A stretch of 64,000 nt of DNA. It comes from Heptranchias perlo. Its lineage: Eukaryota. The translations under genes and the position numbers were made by a program. The notes beneath the pieces were generated by a model. The model was not told where the DNA came from and did no database searches. It saw only the letters and a list, made by a program, of their open reading frames with translations. Location: contig NC_090363.1 of assembly GCF_035084215.1 (NCBI RefSeq), positions 6,448,001 through 6,512,000 on the forward strand, given 5' to 3'. Position 1 is the stretch's first letter. Every line of letters begins with the position of its first letter. This document shows positions 36,005 to 49,732 of the stretch, piece after piece.

Positions 36005-37103
36005 CATAGCATCATAGAATCATGCAGTACAGAAGGAGGCCTTTCGGTCCATTGTGCCTGTGCCAGCTCTCAGAAAGAGCCAACCAATTAGTCCCACTCT
36101 CCTGCTTTATCCCCACAGCTTGTGCGATTTTTTCCTTTTCAAGTATTTATCCAATTCCCTTTTGAGAGTTGCTACTGAATCTGCTTCTGCCATCCTTTCA
36201 GGCAGTGCATTCCAGATCATAACAACTCACCGAGTAAAAGAATTCTTCTCATTCCTCCCCACTCCGCCCTGGTTTTTTTGTCTATTATCTTAAATCTGTG
36301 TCCTGTGGTTTCCTCCTGCCAGTGGAAACAATTTCTCCCTATCTGCCCTATCAAAATTTTGAACACCTCTATAAAATCTCGCCTTAACCTTCTTTGCTCT
36401 AACGAGATTACTAATTAGTTAATTATTAATAATCCCGAGATTATTAATCAACTAACAAAAATCTTTCAGAAAGTGATTAAAATTCCCTTACACTTAAGTG
36501 TATGCCATGCACTGAGGGCTAATTTGAAACAAAAATCTAAGAAATCAAAAATTCAAAATAGTAAAACAAACAAAAAGATTTCTTTACACTTGTGGCTGAG
36601 ACATTCACAATATTAAAACTTGTGCTGTTTACCAGACTGATTCCTGGGATGGCAGGACTGACGTATAAGGAGAGATTGGGTCGACTAGGCCTATATTCAC
36701 TCGAGTTTAGAAGAATGAGAGGTGATCGTATCGAAACATATAAAATTCTAACAGGACTAGACAGACTAGATGCAGGGAGGATGTTCCCGATGGCTGGGGA
36801 GTCCAGAACCAGGGGTCACAGTCTCAGGATACGGGGAATGCCATTTAGAACCGAGATGAGGAGAAATTTCTTCACTCAGAGGGTGGTGAACCTGTGGAAT
36901 TCTCTACCACAGGAGGCAGTGGAGGCCAAGTCATTAGATGTATTCAAGAAGGAGATAGATATATTTCTTAATGCTAAAGGGATATGGGGAAAAAGCGGGA
37001 ACAGGGTACTGAGTTAGATGATCAGCCATGATCATTTTGAATGGCGGAGCAGGCCCGAAGGGCCGAATGGCCTACTCTTGCTCCTATTTTCTATGTTTCT
37101 ATG
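36005..37103. mobile_element. CR1-type fragments (- 36005-36400; + 36629-37103)
   Basis: LGLYSLEFRRMRGDRIETYKI...WNSLP. Confidence 0.85.
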
Positions 37104-37473
37104 TAAAATAGGTGAAATTTAAAAAAAATTATAATTATTTTAACCATAGTGTTTCAAATGTTTTAAATATCCCATAACATAAAATGACTCTGAATTTGAA
37201 ATGTTTTAAACACTAAATAATTAAATGGCTTCTAATTTGGCACCAAGTTGTCAATGTGACCCAGACAGACTGGAACGATAGCTGACGTGGGAAATGGAAA
37301 AGCCACATCAAAACAACAGACGGTCTTCTTCTGAGGTTGCAGCTGAAGTGCATTATTTGGGCTGGATAAAGCTGTGGGAGCTTTACGTACAACTGGGAGT
37401 GATTCCAGACTGAACGCTTAATGTGTTCGTCTGAAATTCCTTCCTCCGCTATTTTACCGGAAGTGTTAACCCA

Positions 37474-37479
37474 TTTATT
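37474..37479 (-). terminator. Candidate poly(A) signal of gene B
   Basis: tttatt on + reads AATAAA on -, shortly after the TGA stop. Confidence 0.5.
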
Positions 37480-37542
37480 GTAAATTGGGTAACATCGCCG
37501 CTAAAATAGGGGTGAAGGAGTTTCAGACAAGTGCGAACACAT

Positions 37543-40500
37543 TCATGTGTCGTTATCCGATGGTGCACCTGTAGCGTCGTTCTGCCTAGTGTTACCTGGA
37601 TGATGACAATATTCAGAGAGAACATTATCAAGGCAAAACTTTAGACTATTTGCTCAATAGATATTCAATAATCTTACCTCCCAGTCTCCAGAAGACTGCG
37701 CCGACAATCAATGTGATGACGACCACTCCTCTGACAATATACAGAATCGCGTTTGCGTTTATGCCTGTGTTCAGGTCAACCACCGCCGAACCTACGGAGA
37801 ACAAGTCAAAATTCGGTTTCCCTATTAGTCTTATTCTCTCCTTCTGTCGCCAGTCTATGGGGTAGAAATCCGCCTTAGGCAGTAGGGCAAGACGGGCGAT
37901 ATCGAATCGGCAATGGTGAACACGGGGCAATTTGAAACTAACCCGCGGGTCGGGAAATTGACGGGATTGGGTGCAACGCTGGTTTTACAGCCTGTCGGAT
38001 TTTACTCTCCATTGAAGTCGGGGGGAGAGTAAGATTGGGCGAGCAAACCCAGTGTTCCAATGGAACTCTTCGGTTTCCCACCCTGACGGTTAGGTTAAAC
38101 TCCCAAAAAGACGAAGTCTGCAATAGAATGTTGATGAACACCTTGTCCGTTTTTTTAAAGTACCCGTCAATGTACAAGTTAATTAACATCTACATAAAAT
38201 TACATATAATTTACAGCACAGAAAAAGGCCGTTCAGCTCAACTGGTCTGTGCCCGTGAATATGCTCCACACGAAACTCCTCCCACCTCACTTTATCTAAG
38301 TCTGTCTCTATTTCTTTCTCACTCATGTACTTATCTAGCCTTCGCTTAAATGCATCTGTGCTATTCGCCTCAACCACTCCATGTGGTAGCCAGTTCCACA
38401 TTCTCACCACTCTCTGGGTAAAGGTGTTTTTGCTGAATTCTATATTGGATTTACTAGTGAGTAACTTATACTTACTTTTGGTCTCCTCCGCGAGTGCAAA
38501 CATCTTCTCTATGTTTACCCTATCAAACACTTTCATAAGCTTAAAGGCCTCTATCAGTTCACCTCTCAGTCTTCACTTTTCTGGAGAAAAGAGCCCCGGC
38601 CTCTTCAGTCTTTCCTGATAGTTCTAACCTCTCAGTTCTGGTATCATCCTTGACAATCTTTTTTACATCTTCTCCGGTGTGTCTTTATCATGTTCAGTGA
38701 TTCCATATTCGTTTTATTGTCTCTATATGCTTTCTGGTGCCTCTTTATCCTTTTCTTTTTACTTTGAATGTTTTCAAAGCTCAGAGGAACAATCCTGGAA
38801 AACCAAAGAAGCTGAACACGTTTTCCTGGAAACGATGCCACGTTGCAAAAGAAGAGAAATGGCTTTGTAGAATCTTTATCAACGACGGTGAACTGAGACT
38901 GGATCGGCCTCTGGAAAGCTTCACAAGCTTACAGGCAGATGATACCGCCAGATATTAAAGTGAATTTATGGGCAGTTATTAATAGGAAAATCATGTAAAC
39001 TGCGGTACCGACCGGTTTAACTCCAAATGGAACATTTGGCTCACTGGCCGGCATGTGGTGGGCCAACCATGCTTTCTGAATATTACTTTCACTCGAAAAG
39101 GAATAAAATTAACTCTATTGCTCTGGTCTCCCCCAGGCAAAGTACTACCCCAGCTGAAGAGAGAAGGCAGATGGCTGATGTCCTCACTAGCTCTCCCCAG
39201 CGTCACAATGGAAACACTGGGAACCACTGCCTTCGTCCTATATCTTCCGCCATGTACAAGAATGCTTGTTTATTGTCCCAGTGTAGAGGGGTCCTTGTGA
39301 CTACCGCGGACTTGGGCTGACTGAACGGTCCAATTTCACCTTCAGTCAGTAACCAAGTTATTTAAAATGATGAAATAGTCTCCTCCCTGCAGCTGAGGGG
39401 TGATTCCATCATCATAGTTCCCCATTGAGAAGTCAAGCTGGCAGACGCACAAGCCGATGATAGGGACTCAGCATTGTGGCACCGATTCTTCCACTCATTG
39501 CTCACATGATATTGCAGGCAGACGAATCACTTACCCCTCACAATGAGATTTGTTCCTGGTCCATATTCCTCGCCAAGATGCAACATTGCCACTTTGCAGT
39601 AATACACCCCGGAATCGTTCGGTCTCACCTCCTTTACTAGAATGGAAGCATCTCTGGCATTAAAAAAATCATCTTCTTTGGGTCTGGAGATCCGACCTCT
39701 GAACCCTGCTGTTCCGTTGGAAACTTCTGTTCCATTTCTGTCATCCTTGTACCAGGAATAAGCCCCTATTGTCCCAGAGACATTGGGTGTGTAGGTACAG
39801 GGGAGGTGCACTGTCTGCCCTTCCTCTGCGAGAATACTGGGCACCTTTTGAACAACTGTGAACTTCCCAGCGAAAATTCCTGGAAACGAAGAAAGTTCTT
39901 GCTATCTCATTCGAAGTTGTAACTTTGAGAGACAGTCCTACTTAGACTGTTATGGAATGGCTGTGTTTACAACGGGTGGAGTTTGAATAAGCGTGAACTT
40001 CTGAGCAACAATTGCTGGAAATTGTACGACTGGGCTAGACTCTCAATTTTTAAATCTATACCGGGCGGCAGATCTGCAACTCCAGTTTTACACCCCGGCT
40101 GCAAGTTGCCATTCTATCCCAATATCCTGGCTTGCCAAGCAGTCTTTTTACAGCGCATTAATCTGTATTGTTTGGCTATCATGTTAAAATTTCAACATTA
40201 AAGGTTAACGAATAGACTGCCCAAGTACACTGGTATATCCAGTTTTCCGGATTATTGAGCTATAATTTTTATGTTCGCTGCCTGGTGGAGCGAATCCTTC
40301 ACCATTGGGTGAAATTCCTTTTTGGGCAGCATATTTTCTTTTCCATTGAATCCCATGCGAAATAAAATCGGGTACGATGTGAAACTGGCTGCCTATCGCC
40401 TATTTTGCACTACTGCCCAAGATCTATTTCACCGCCATTGTGTTCAATGCGATTGAAAATCAGGTGGGTTTTTTTTTACAATGGGCGGCCAGTTTTATGC

Positions 40501-40823
40501 CCCAGTAGCAAGTTGAAAATCCACCCTAATATGATTTGCTTCTTAGTACTCAGATGGTTTTAGCACATCCGAACATCAAAAAAGGACAACTCTAATTGGT
40601 ATAATTGGTTACTGCCCGTTTGCTTCAGTGAGCCTGGGTGACATGTAAAATCAATGCATATGATGCCCTTGCATAGTTAGTCCTGAATTCCAATTGGCAC
40701 ATTAACGGATGTTTATAAATGTTAGGCGGAATCGTCCAGCTGATAAATGAGGAATGGAAATCAATGAGGTGTCTACTTACCAGACAGAGGAATTAATATC
40801 CACAGAACGCAGCTTGGATTCAT
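37543..40823 (-). CDS. NCR3: Gene B: activating NKp30/NCR3-like receptor (184 aa; leader, V, TM with Arg, short tail)
   Basis: Exons 40823-40781 (MNPSCVLWILIPLS), 39879-39535 (V), 37791-37678 (GSAVVDLNTGINANAILYIVRGVVVITLIVGAVFWRLG) and 37595-37543 (GNTRQNDATGAPSDNDT*). 555 nt in frame, with AATAAA about 65 nt past the stop. The four-exon layout and TM Arg match NCR3, but one-to-one orthology is not established. Confidence 0.85.
37678..37791 (-). CDS. Gene B TM exon with intramembrane Arg
   Basis: ttctccgtag|...GGA G|gtaaga, 114 nt. The AGA (Arg) codon at 37732-37730 lies inside the hydrophobic stretch. Confidence 0.88.
38200..38690 (-). mobile_element. CR1-type LINE 3' fragment in a gene B intron
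   Basis: FTQRVVRMWNWLPHGVVEA. Confidence 0.8.
39535..39879 (-). CDS. Gene B V exon
   Basis: 345 nt, phase 1/1. Differs from gene A V1 at 16 of 115 aa. Confidence 0.93.
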
Positions 40824-43800
40824 TTTTCCTACATTAACGAAATTAGAGAACGAGATGAAATAAATGGGCAGGACTAGAAAACGATAAATTACATTCTAAC
40901 TATGAAAGTGAACGTTATTCCCAATGTCATGCACATATCTGTGTCTCTTCGATATATGGTTATAGAATATCAGGGGGCTCAGCGATTGTGAAATGACAGA
41001 TAAATAAATGGGTCAGCACAGAGCAGAAGGACGAGATTGTGATGAGTCTGACCTGCCTATTTTGAAATGTCATCAGCCCAGAATAACGCCAGTATTAATG
41101 TAATAGCCGATTAATTCAAGCAGTTAATACTTGAAATCAAGGTTGCAAAAATGAAGGGACATGCACCTACTTTACATTTAAACACGGAGGGAATCTTTTT
41201 CACCTTCGGCCCTCGGGTGGTAAACTCATGGGAGTGATTTTGACTTTGGGCGCAAAACGGGCGCTAGCGAAGTGGCACCCATCAGCCTGCTTTCCCTTCC
41301 CATTGACTAAAATAGCAAGGAAAATCGGGTGTTGTGTACAACGGGCGACTATTTTTAACACTGCCCCGGTATGGAAACCGACTGATTTTCATTCCCATTG
41401 CTGTCAGTGATAATGAATATCAGGCGGGATCTATAACAGACGCCTGATCTGCAAGGTCAGTTTTTAGTCCAGGTGACAAGTTGAAAATATACCGGGCTAA
41501 CTCTATCCCACTCCCTCGGTTAGTGCGCCAGTCATTGTAGTAGATTCCTGGCTCTGTATGGTAACTTTTCAGAGTCTTTAGTCTGCGTTTATTATGACCC
41601 ATGTTCATTAATTTCACATTTCTATCTATATTTAAGTGATATGTGTTGTAATGATTTTTTTTGCTTTATATAACGTTTCATTTTCTCATTCAGAGAAATT
41701 TGACCTTGAAGAGAGTGATAGTAACAAAAATAGGACGGGCGGAGGGGTCTTTGCAGAGGCGGGTCAATGCAAAGGAAATTCGTGTACGATGGCAGTTGGA
41801 TACCGCCAGTTTCCTGTCCCCACCGAAGTTGGATGTTACTCTCACGGTGTCCTGTCGATGTTATCTGGATAACACATTCATTGTAAAAGTGGTTACTTGT
41901 TGTTTTTATGTAGGTATAAAACTTTTCAGATTTTAATGTAACCTGCCCGAGAACCGAGCGGTTTTGGGTCGGATACCCGCTTTATACCGGCCCGATTTTA
42001 TGCTCCAGAGAAACTTGGCGAACTATGTACTTTCCACTTATGTTTAATCAGAAGTTTGCAGGCATATTCTGTGAAACCATTGCACGTTTCATTGATCGGC
42101 GCTTCGCGTCCAAACTCAATGCTGCAATGGTCGAAGTTTGTGGTTCAATAGTATTTCTGAACAACCAATTTAATGGCACTGTCTAGGTCGACTGTCGAGC
42201 GGTGAGAAAATGCCATTGTTTGGATGAGCCGTTAAAGCTATAATAAGTAAACTGTGAGCCTGGAAGAACGAAATAAATCCAATTGGTTTTCTTCATCCTG
42301 ACTTTTAAAAAGACAGAGGTTTAACTGTCCCAAATCGCAAAGGGACACTTTTAACTTGGACACATCAAGCAGTTTATCTTAGATTAAATTATAAATGAAA
42401 CGATGCTCTGTCATTCAATATTACCTGATAACATCGGTAGTGTGTGTTATCTAAACTAGTGTCACTAGTTATTATCAATTAAAGCATATCCTTCGAGACT
42501 TCGAGCTGGAGGAAGTATACACTGACATATTTAGTTTCAAATTTTGGTTACTTGTCATTTTATGATCTGAGGGAATGTTCCTAATTTTCTAATGCATAAT
42601 TATTTTTATCACGATTTTCAGAATGGAATTTTTTTGACTTGCTGTTCGCCATGAATGAGTTTCCAGGTAGCTGAAAGCCTGGAATCATTGATAGTTGAGT
42701 GTTTTGATAAAAGGATCTCAGGACTGTTTGAATGATTGAGGGTCAATGGGTTTCAACTGCCTTCCTCATTGGTATCTCTCATGCGATGCTGGGAATCGCT
42801 CACAAGAGGTGGATTGACTCAAAATTATTCCTTAGTTCTCGCAGTCAGTCCTCAAATCTTGAATGAATTACTTTGTAAATTAATTCGGTTAAATCGATCG
42901 CAAGGTTAATATTCTACTTAAATAGAAGTGAGAACAGGACCTTCATGAACCAAGAATATCTAGCTTTTTTAAAAAAAACTCTCGTGTCTTTTTCTTTGCA
43001 GTACATCTCAGATTTCCTGAAGATAAGTAATTAGATCAGTGCTGCACTACTGAAACCTTCCACTTAGCTGCAGCTTTTGTTTCAGTTTGCAGTTGAATGC
43101 GATTTTTGCTGCTGCGATATCTAAGATCGGCGGCTAGCGCGTGTAATTTTAGTGCGTATGAAAAATGCGCTATAAATAATCCAGGGGGAAATTTTTAAAA
43201 ATCGCAGATGCTAGAAAGTTGAAGCAACTTTATGGACAGTTCGGTAAATTACTTGCACATATTCGCAAGGGAATAACTCAGGGGATTATTGTAATTTTGG
43301 GCGGCGGTGTGAAGATCTGAATTGGCCGTCCAGTTTGCACTTCGCCAGGAAAGGAAAATCGGGAGTTGTGTATAATGGGCGGCTGATTCATTATCGCCGG
43401 TTTTACACCGCCACCAAAATTAAAATCCCCCTTCCCCCCCTTGCAGCAATAAACCTATGAAAACTGAAGTTACCCACTGGGGTGCGATTTTAACTTTTCG
43501 TGTAAAACAGGCGATAGTGGGTCGGCCGCACATTATACAGCTCTCACCATTTTTCGTCCTGTTCAAGTCAATGGAGAGGAGAATTGTGGAGATGTGTGTA
43601 ACGTCGGCCGATCCGAAATCGCCTGTTCGACGCAATCGTCAGAAGTTAAAATTACCCCCACTGAGTTTCAAATGGACGGTCCTACCTGAAATCCTAATCT
43701 GTCTTTCTCTCGAAATGTTCGCTGTGTAATTTGTAGCATTTTCTTGTTTCAGCTTTTCAGCATTAGCGATTTTTCTTTATCCTTGGGGAATGTTGGGCGC

Positions 43801-44129
43801 TGTCGGACTCACCAAGCTACGCAGTCCTGCGATTTTGCCGGTGTTTATAGTAGGAAGCATCTCTTCATTTGAGCTTCTCTTCTATAGCGTAACTGGCAAC
43901 TACGAAAATCTGAAACACCAAAACCAGTAGAAACACTGACCACGCCTGAGCCTCACTGTGCTGGGAGAGAAAGAGTTAGCGTGATATTTTTTCCACTGCG
44001 TCACATCCTGTCTGTTCCACCATAATAAAATGATTGAAGTGTAGTCTTCTCCCATTAGTGTTCCGTTAATTATTTCATGAATAATTTCATTGCATTTACA
44101 CCGCAGAAAGAATAATTTCCAGTCCCAGC

Positions 44130-44755
44130 CATATAAATACTGTGGCTACAAGAGCAGGCCAGAGGCTGGGTATTCTGTGGCGAGTGACTCACCTCCTGAC
44201 TCCCCAAAGCCTTTCCACCATCTACACGCCACAAGTCAGGAGTGTTTATGGAATGCTCTCCACTTGCCTGGATGAGTGCAGCTCCAACAACACTTAAGAA
44301 GCTCGACACCATCCAGGACAAAGCAGCCCGCTTGATTGGCACCCCATCCACCACCCTAAACATTCACTCCCTTCACCACTGGCGCACAGTGGTTGCAGTG
44401 TGTACCATCCACAGGATGCACTGCAGCAACTCGCCAAGGCTTCTTCGACAGCACCTCCCAAACCCACGACCTCTACCACCTAAAAGGACAAGAGCAGCAG
44501 GTACATGGGAACACCACCACCTGCATGTTCCCCTCCAAGTCACACACCATCCCGACTTGGAAATATATCACCGTTCCTTCATCGTCACTGGGTCAAAATC
44601 CTGGAACTCCCTCCCTAACAGCACTGTGGGAGAACCTTCACCACACGGACTGCAGCGGTTCAAGAAGGTGGCTCACCACCACCTTCTCAAGGGCAATTAG
44701 GGATGGGCAATAAATGCCGGCCTCGCCAGCGATGCCCACATCCCATGAACGAATA
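44130..44755 (+). mobile_element. Non-LTR retrotransposon 3' end, second LINE family
   Basis: LDTIQDKAARLIG...LHHWRTVVAVCTIHRMHC. Other copies at 54180-54390 (-), 56755-56885 (+) and 58790-59135 (-). Confidence 0.8.
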
Positions 44756-45012
44756 ATAAAAAATAATCTAGATTCTTAATCTTGTCTTTGGCAAGTAGTT
44801 TCACATTGCTTCTCTTGTTGATATAAAGCAGAACGCATGATAACCCGTGCATTTTATTACAGTTATTGACATAGAAAAGATAATTTTGTCTCTGCAATTT
44901 ATTACAGGTTGTAATTTTACCCTTTCAGCTATTATCCTTTCCTTCCATTAAGTGTTGGATGTGTTACTGTATCTAAGTGTCCATCATTTCCCTTTGAGCA
45001 CAGACAGTAGGA

Positions 45013-45228
45013 GGGTGATTTTAACCCCCAAGAACGGGTGGGTTGGGGGCGGGTGGGAGTTGAAAATAGTTGTTTTTTGGGCCCGTGTGTAACTTGGGCA
45101 TGTGAAAGTCCAGGCTTCCCACTGGGAATGCAAAGTCCGAAAATTTTGCAGTTGCGTCCCAAAAAAACAATTATTTTCAACTCCCACCCGCCCGCAACCC
45201 ACCTGTTCATGGGGGTTAAACTCGCCCC
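45013..45228. mobile_element. MITE-like element with about 65-bp terminal inverted repeats
   Basis: ttaaccccc...gcgggtgggagttgaaaatagttgttttttggg and cccaaaaaaacaattattttcaactcccacccgc...gggggttaa. Confidence 0.7.
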
Positions 45229-46319
45229 ACCCCCAAGTGTCCGACTTGAGGGGCATCATAGCCCAGCTCGATTGGTCGTCACCAGAGGGTCACACAAGTA
45301 TATCTTAGCAGAAGTCATTTAAGTGAGAGGGAGTGGGTTTTCGAGGCCAATTGTCCATCCCTGGCAACAAGGCGGATGAGAACATCTAACTCAGCCAAAA
45401 TAGAAAGTTGAGGTAGGGATCTTGTAATCTGTACGGTGCAGTGATAAACTGCCATTACCAATTGATGAATGGCTCTGTATTATCTACTTTAAGCCCTAAA
45501 TAAAATACTATCTCATGCGATTTAGCAGAAAAATGGGAAACACCCACAACCATGATTATGCTTTGCCTATTTAATAAACATAATACAAAATCGGAGCAGT
45601 TTGTGCTTGACCGCAGTGAGAAGGATAGTGGGAGTAATTCTGCATGAACGTTTGGCAAAAAAAAACACAATCGAATGGGCGAGGGATAGTTGGAGTGTAC
45701 GACGGTTGTTCAACTTTGGGAGCGAACAAATGGTATCTTGGAGACCTCTACATTGTCTTCTTTCTGTTAATAGTGCGCACTTGATATTGTGCCCATCAGG
45801 TGGTTATTTACAATAATGGTGCATTTTCTATCAATTTGGAGGTAGCTCTTATAACCTCCTGTATTTACACCATGCGCTTGCAAAAATTCATATTCCGGGT
45901 ATAATTTCAAGTATATAACCATCTGGATTGTTATATGTGATGTTATTGCTCTCAATATGCCTATGGAAGGATTAAGTAATATATCATTTATTTTTAACTT
46001 AATTATTTCATGTCAGTCGCAATTTAATGATCACAAAGATTAAAATATTTTAAAAATCTCCTCCTGAACCTTCATTAAAATAATTACCAACTTTTATTCC
46101 TATATCTCAAAAAGCTGGAGCATTTGTACGACGTTTCTTGATCCGCTATTTTAGTGGCCGAGTTAATCACTTTATATTAATGCCTGTAATAGCGGAGGAG
46201 GGATTTGAGACAAGCGCATGTTAGTGTTGGTCCGCTGGTTCCCACTGCTTAATATTAGGACCGGAATTTCAAGCATAGATTTATGGCTTCAATGTTAAAA
46301 ATTACTTGTTCTTTTACAG

Positions 46320-46650
46320 CAGACAGCGTTGGGAACATCGCAATAGTTCAAAACCCGGCATCCCATAATGTAACTGAGGGGCAGACAGTTCTGTAGAGTA
46401 TCGCCGAAGGGGCCCCGGGAGTAGGTGTCTACAGTTGGCAAAGGAACAGTAAAGCCTGAAGTAAACTTTCCAGCCTTGTAGTGGAATACAGGAGGGGGGA
46501 TAATTGGTCCAAATAGGGAGCATGTCGACCGAACGATAGGCGCTTCGATTCAATTAACCAATGTATCAGTGTGCGATTCGGAGATCTATTATTGCCAAGT
46601 GAAATTTGCAACTCCTGGTGAACATTATGGGCAAGGGATGACACTTGTTG
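46320..46650 (+). pseudogene. Decayed NKp30-like V exon
   Basis: cttttacag|ADSVGNIAIVQNPASHNVTEGQTVL* (TAG at 46394), first Cys absent, then GVYSW, a further stop and frameshift, then ASIQLTNVSVCDSEIYYCQVKFATPGEHYGQGMTLV. Confidence 0.85.
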
Positions 46651-48938
46651 GTTATAAACATGAAATATCAAGTAATTGTAGCACAGGTTTCCAAGGGTAA
46701 GGGCAGATATAGAAGCAAAATATTAATGCACAGTCAGAGAGGTAAATTCGGGTCCCTAGTGGCTCAGTTTGTGAAGCAGGAGCCACCTGAGCCCTGCAAA
46801 CCAGAAGGCTCCAGGTTTGATGCTGTCTCAGTTGGCTGATCTCACTTGGTGGGGAATTGGAGGCGCTAGTATTGGTCTGTTGGGTCAGGCAGGCTTGGTG
46901 ATAGAATGAAAGGATCTATATCGTACCTCTCGGGTGGGGGGGGGGGGGGGGAAGTCAGCAGAAATGAAAATCGGGGAGGTGATTGGAGGACTTGGGTGAA
47001 GGGTTATGGACTGCAGATGCTTATGAATTAGTGGAGCTGGAAACAGTGTCAAAGGGGTGAGATTGAAACTATAAGTTAGAAGAACGATCAGAAGGGGGAG
47101 AGAGGAGAGAAGGTTCAGCTCAACCGGCTGAGACGTGCGTTCTTCTATAGCAAAATATATGTTGTAATCTCAGAGTTGGTTGTGACGATACGTTCATTTA
47201 ATCTCTAATAAATGAGTAAACTGTTTGACTCTGTGCCTGGCATATAGGCACAGGACTGCAGTGTTCGCCTATATTATTACAAAAATATACATCGTAACAG
47301 CAGGATGCAGCTGCTCACAAACCCTACAGAGATTATATAGTTAAACACAAGATTGTACTTTGAAGCAGATTGTGGTGTGTCAATTAGAAATATTGGAGCA
47401 AATTGTATCATTGATAAATATATATCTATAAATATTGACATATACCCAGTGACCCCCCCTGTATATATTGAAACACTCCTAGGGACCTCCTGTAAACACT
47501 GTTATTGGATAGAATATTATTGTATCAAGCCACCATCCTATATGGCCTTCCTTCTCTCAACACCTTCCCTCCATAGAAACCAAGGGGGTAATTTTAACTT
47601 TGGGTGATAGTGTAAAATGGCCGATATTGAATTAGTCACCCAATATTCACTTCACCCGACTTTCCTTTCCATTGGTGGGCGTATAATAAGCATCAAATTC
47701 GATATCACCCATCTCACACTATCGCCCAGAGTTACAAATACCCCCCACCATTCATCACACCATCGCTTCTGCTCTCGCATCCTTTTCTAGGACCTCAAAA
47801 ATGTGCAGCTCATTACCCCAGACAGCTTTCTCTTACTCTCACAATCTAAGGCAGTTATACCTGAAGCCTGACATTAGATAGCGTCTTGATTACTGATACT
47901 TGGGATGGGGGGTGATGGTGGTTGAGACTTGATAGTGAGTGATGAGACAAATATTCCCAGTGAGTACTGGACTATCCGTTGTGGAGCTGTTTTTAATCAT
48001 GCGAGGGTTGTCGATGTGCGGAAGATCCCCTAAAATATATTAATACTATTGACTAATTAGACCGAAAAATCTTCAAAACCACCAGCTTTAATAGTGAGAT
48101 AATGGAAATTTTTAAACAGAGGGGAAATGTTGTGCAAGCTACTTTGTGGAGTACAAAAATTCGGCAACAGCAGTTACTACAATGGAAATTAATTTAATTC
48201 TGCCAATCTATTAGAATTATGAGGAGGTTTTGGGGTAATTCCAACTTTGGGCGATAGTGTAAAATTAGTGATATTGAATTAGCCTGAAATCAATCGAAGG
48301 GAATCTCAGGCATGGTGTATAATGGGCGGCCAATTCCATATTGCCCATTTTGTTCTACCGCCCAAAGTTAAAATTACCCCCAACAGGAGAAAAGTATAGA
48401 AACTGGAGCGGGGGTAAAATTAAACGTTGGTGGGGGTGCCAAATGGGCGCCTATATTGTGCCCACCCAAAGCTGAATTTTTCCTCCGAGCACCCTAGCAT
48501 GTTTTGGGTCGGGCATTTGCTTAATGACATGGTTAGATGATGGCAGTGGTTAAGATTTTTGGAAGCACTGCGTTGTCTAGTCTTAAAAAATGAACTTACA
48601 CACTGCTTTTGGCAATTTAGCTGATTCCATGCCTTGGCAAAAAAAAGGAAAATGCCGCAGAAAGCGGGGTTTGATGCTATCATTCTAGATACAGATATCT
48701 GGGTCCATGGATAGTCTTTAGACTCAGATTGGACAAACTGAGGAACAATAGCAAAAAGTGACCGATGCAGCGATTAGGCTCCATTACCTTTCTCATATCC
48801 AGATTCATATCTGTCCACTTTAACGTTTTGCAATAAAGAGTACAGAATAGTGGGAAAGAAATCGGCAAACACATGTTTTCAGGGATGCTCTGCATTTAAA
48901 CAAAAACGTCATTGCACGTAAAAACATCTTGGTCAAAT

Positions 48939-49084
48939 GGGGTTCATTTTAACCTAACTCGACGGGCGGGAATCTCACGGGATCGGATGGAACACCGGAG
49001 AGTAAAATCGGGCGGAGTGTAAAACCAGCGTTTACACCCGATCCTGTCAATTCCCCGACGGGCGGGTTAGGTTAAAATTGCCCC
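48939..49084. mobile_element. Representative of an abundant 150-190 bp MITE family
   Basis: GGG(G)..ATTTTAACCTAAC...GGTTAGGTTAAAATTGCCCC termini. Similar copies at 8735-8925, 12675-12864, 48232-48381, 53360-53515 and elsewhere. Confidence 0.65.
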
Positions 49085-49319
49085 TCTCCAGCAACCACAC
49101 GTTTCCTCTGAAAAATATCTGTGTGTGTGCAAGAGAGAGAGGGTCACTAGATCAGGCCGGAGCTAATCCAGGAACATTTTAAATGCGATGTGATTTCTCA
49201 CATAGCTGCAGTAGTTCGGTTTGTTGCTATTTTAATTGGTGATCACTTTGGTCGAAACAAAAACAGCCAAAATAATCCAACAAAATGGATGTATAATGAT
49301 GGATTCATTGCCGATCATA

Positions 49320-49732
49320 GAAAATTGGGTTGACTAGGCCTATATTCACTAGAGTTTAGAAGAATGAGAGGTGATCTCATCGAAACATATAAAATTCTAA
49401 CAGGACTAGACAGACTAGATGCAGGGAGGATGTTCCCAATGGCTGGGGAGTCCAAAACTAGGGGAATGCCATTTAGAACCGAGATGAGGAGAAATTTCTT
49501 CACTCAGAGGGTGGTGAACCTGTGGAATTCTCTACCACAGAAGGCAGTGGAGGCCAAGTCATTAGATGTATTCAAGAAGGAGATAGATATATTTCTTAAT
49601 GCTAAAGGGATATGGGGAAAAAGCGGGAACAGGGTACTGAGTTAGATGATCAGCCATGATCATTTTGAATGGGAGAGTAGGCCCGAAGGGCCAAATGGCC
49701 TACTCTTGCTCCTATTTTCTATGTTTCTATGT
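49320..49732 (+). mobile_element. CR1-type LINE 3' fragment
   Basis: Near-identical to 36680-37103. Confidence 0.85.

Noticed and set aside
41694-41872. Acceptor followed by a short open frame on the + strand
   Set aside because: No recognisable domain and no linked exons.
43813-43909. Minus-strand segment with good acceptor and donor, a possible 5' UTR exon of gene B
   Set aside because: Plausible, since the gene B leader has an acceptor 5 nt before its ATG, but it cannot be supported without transcripts.
48680-48817. Further candidate 3' exons for gene C
   Set aside because: Weak acceptor and an implied intron of only about 50 nt. Read-through to TAA at 50039 followed by AATAAA is simpler, though the true end of gene C remains uncertain.
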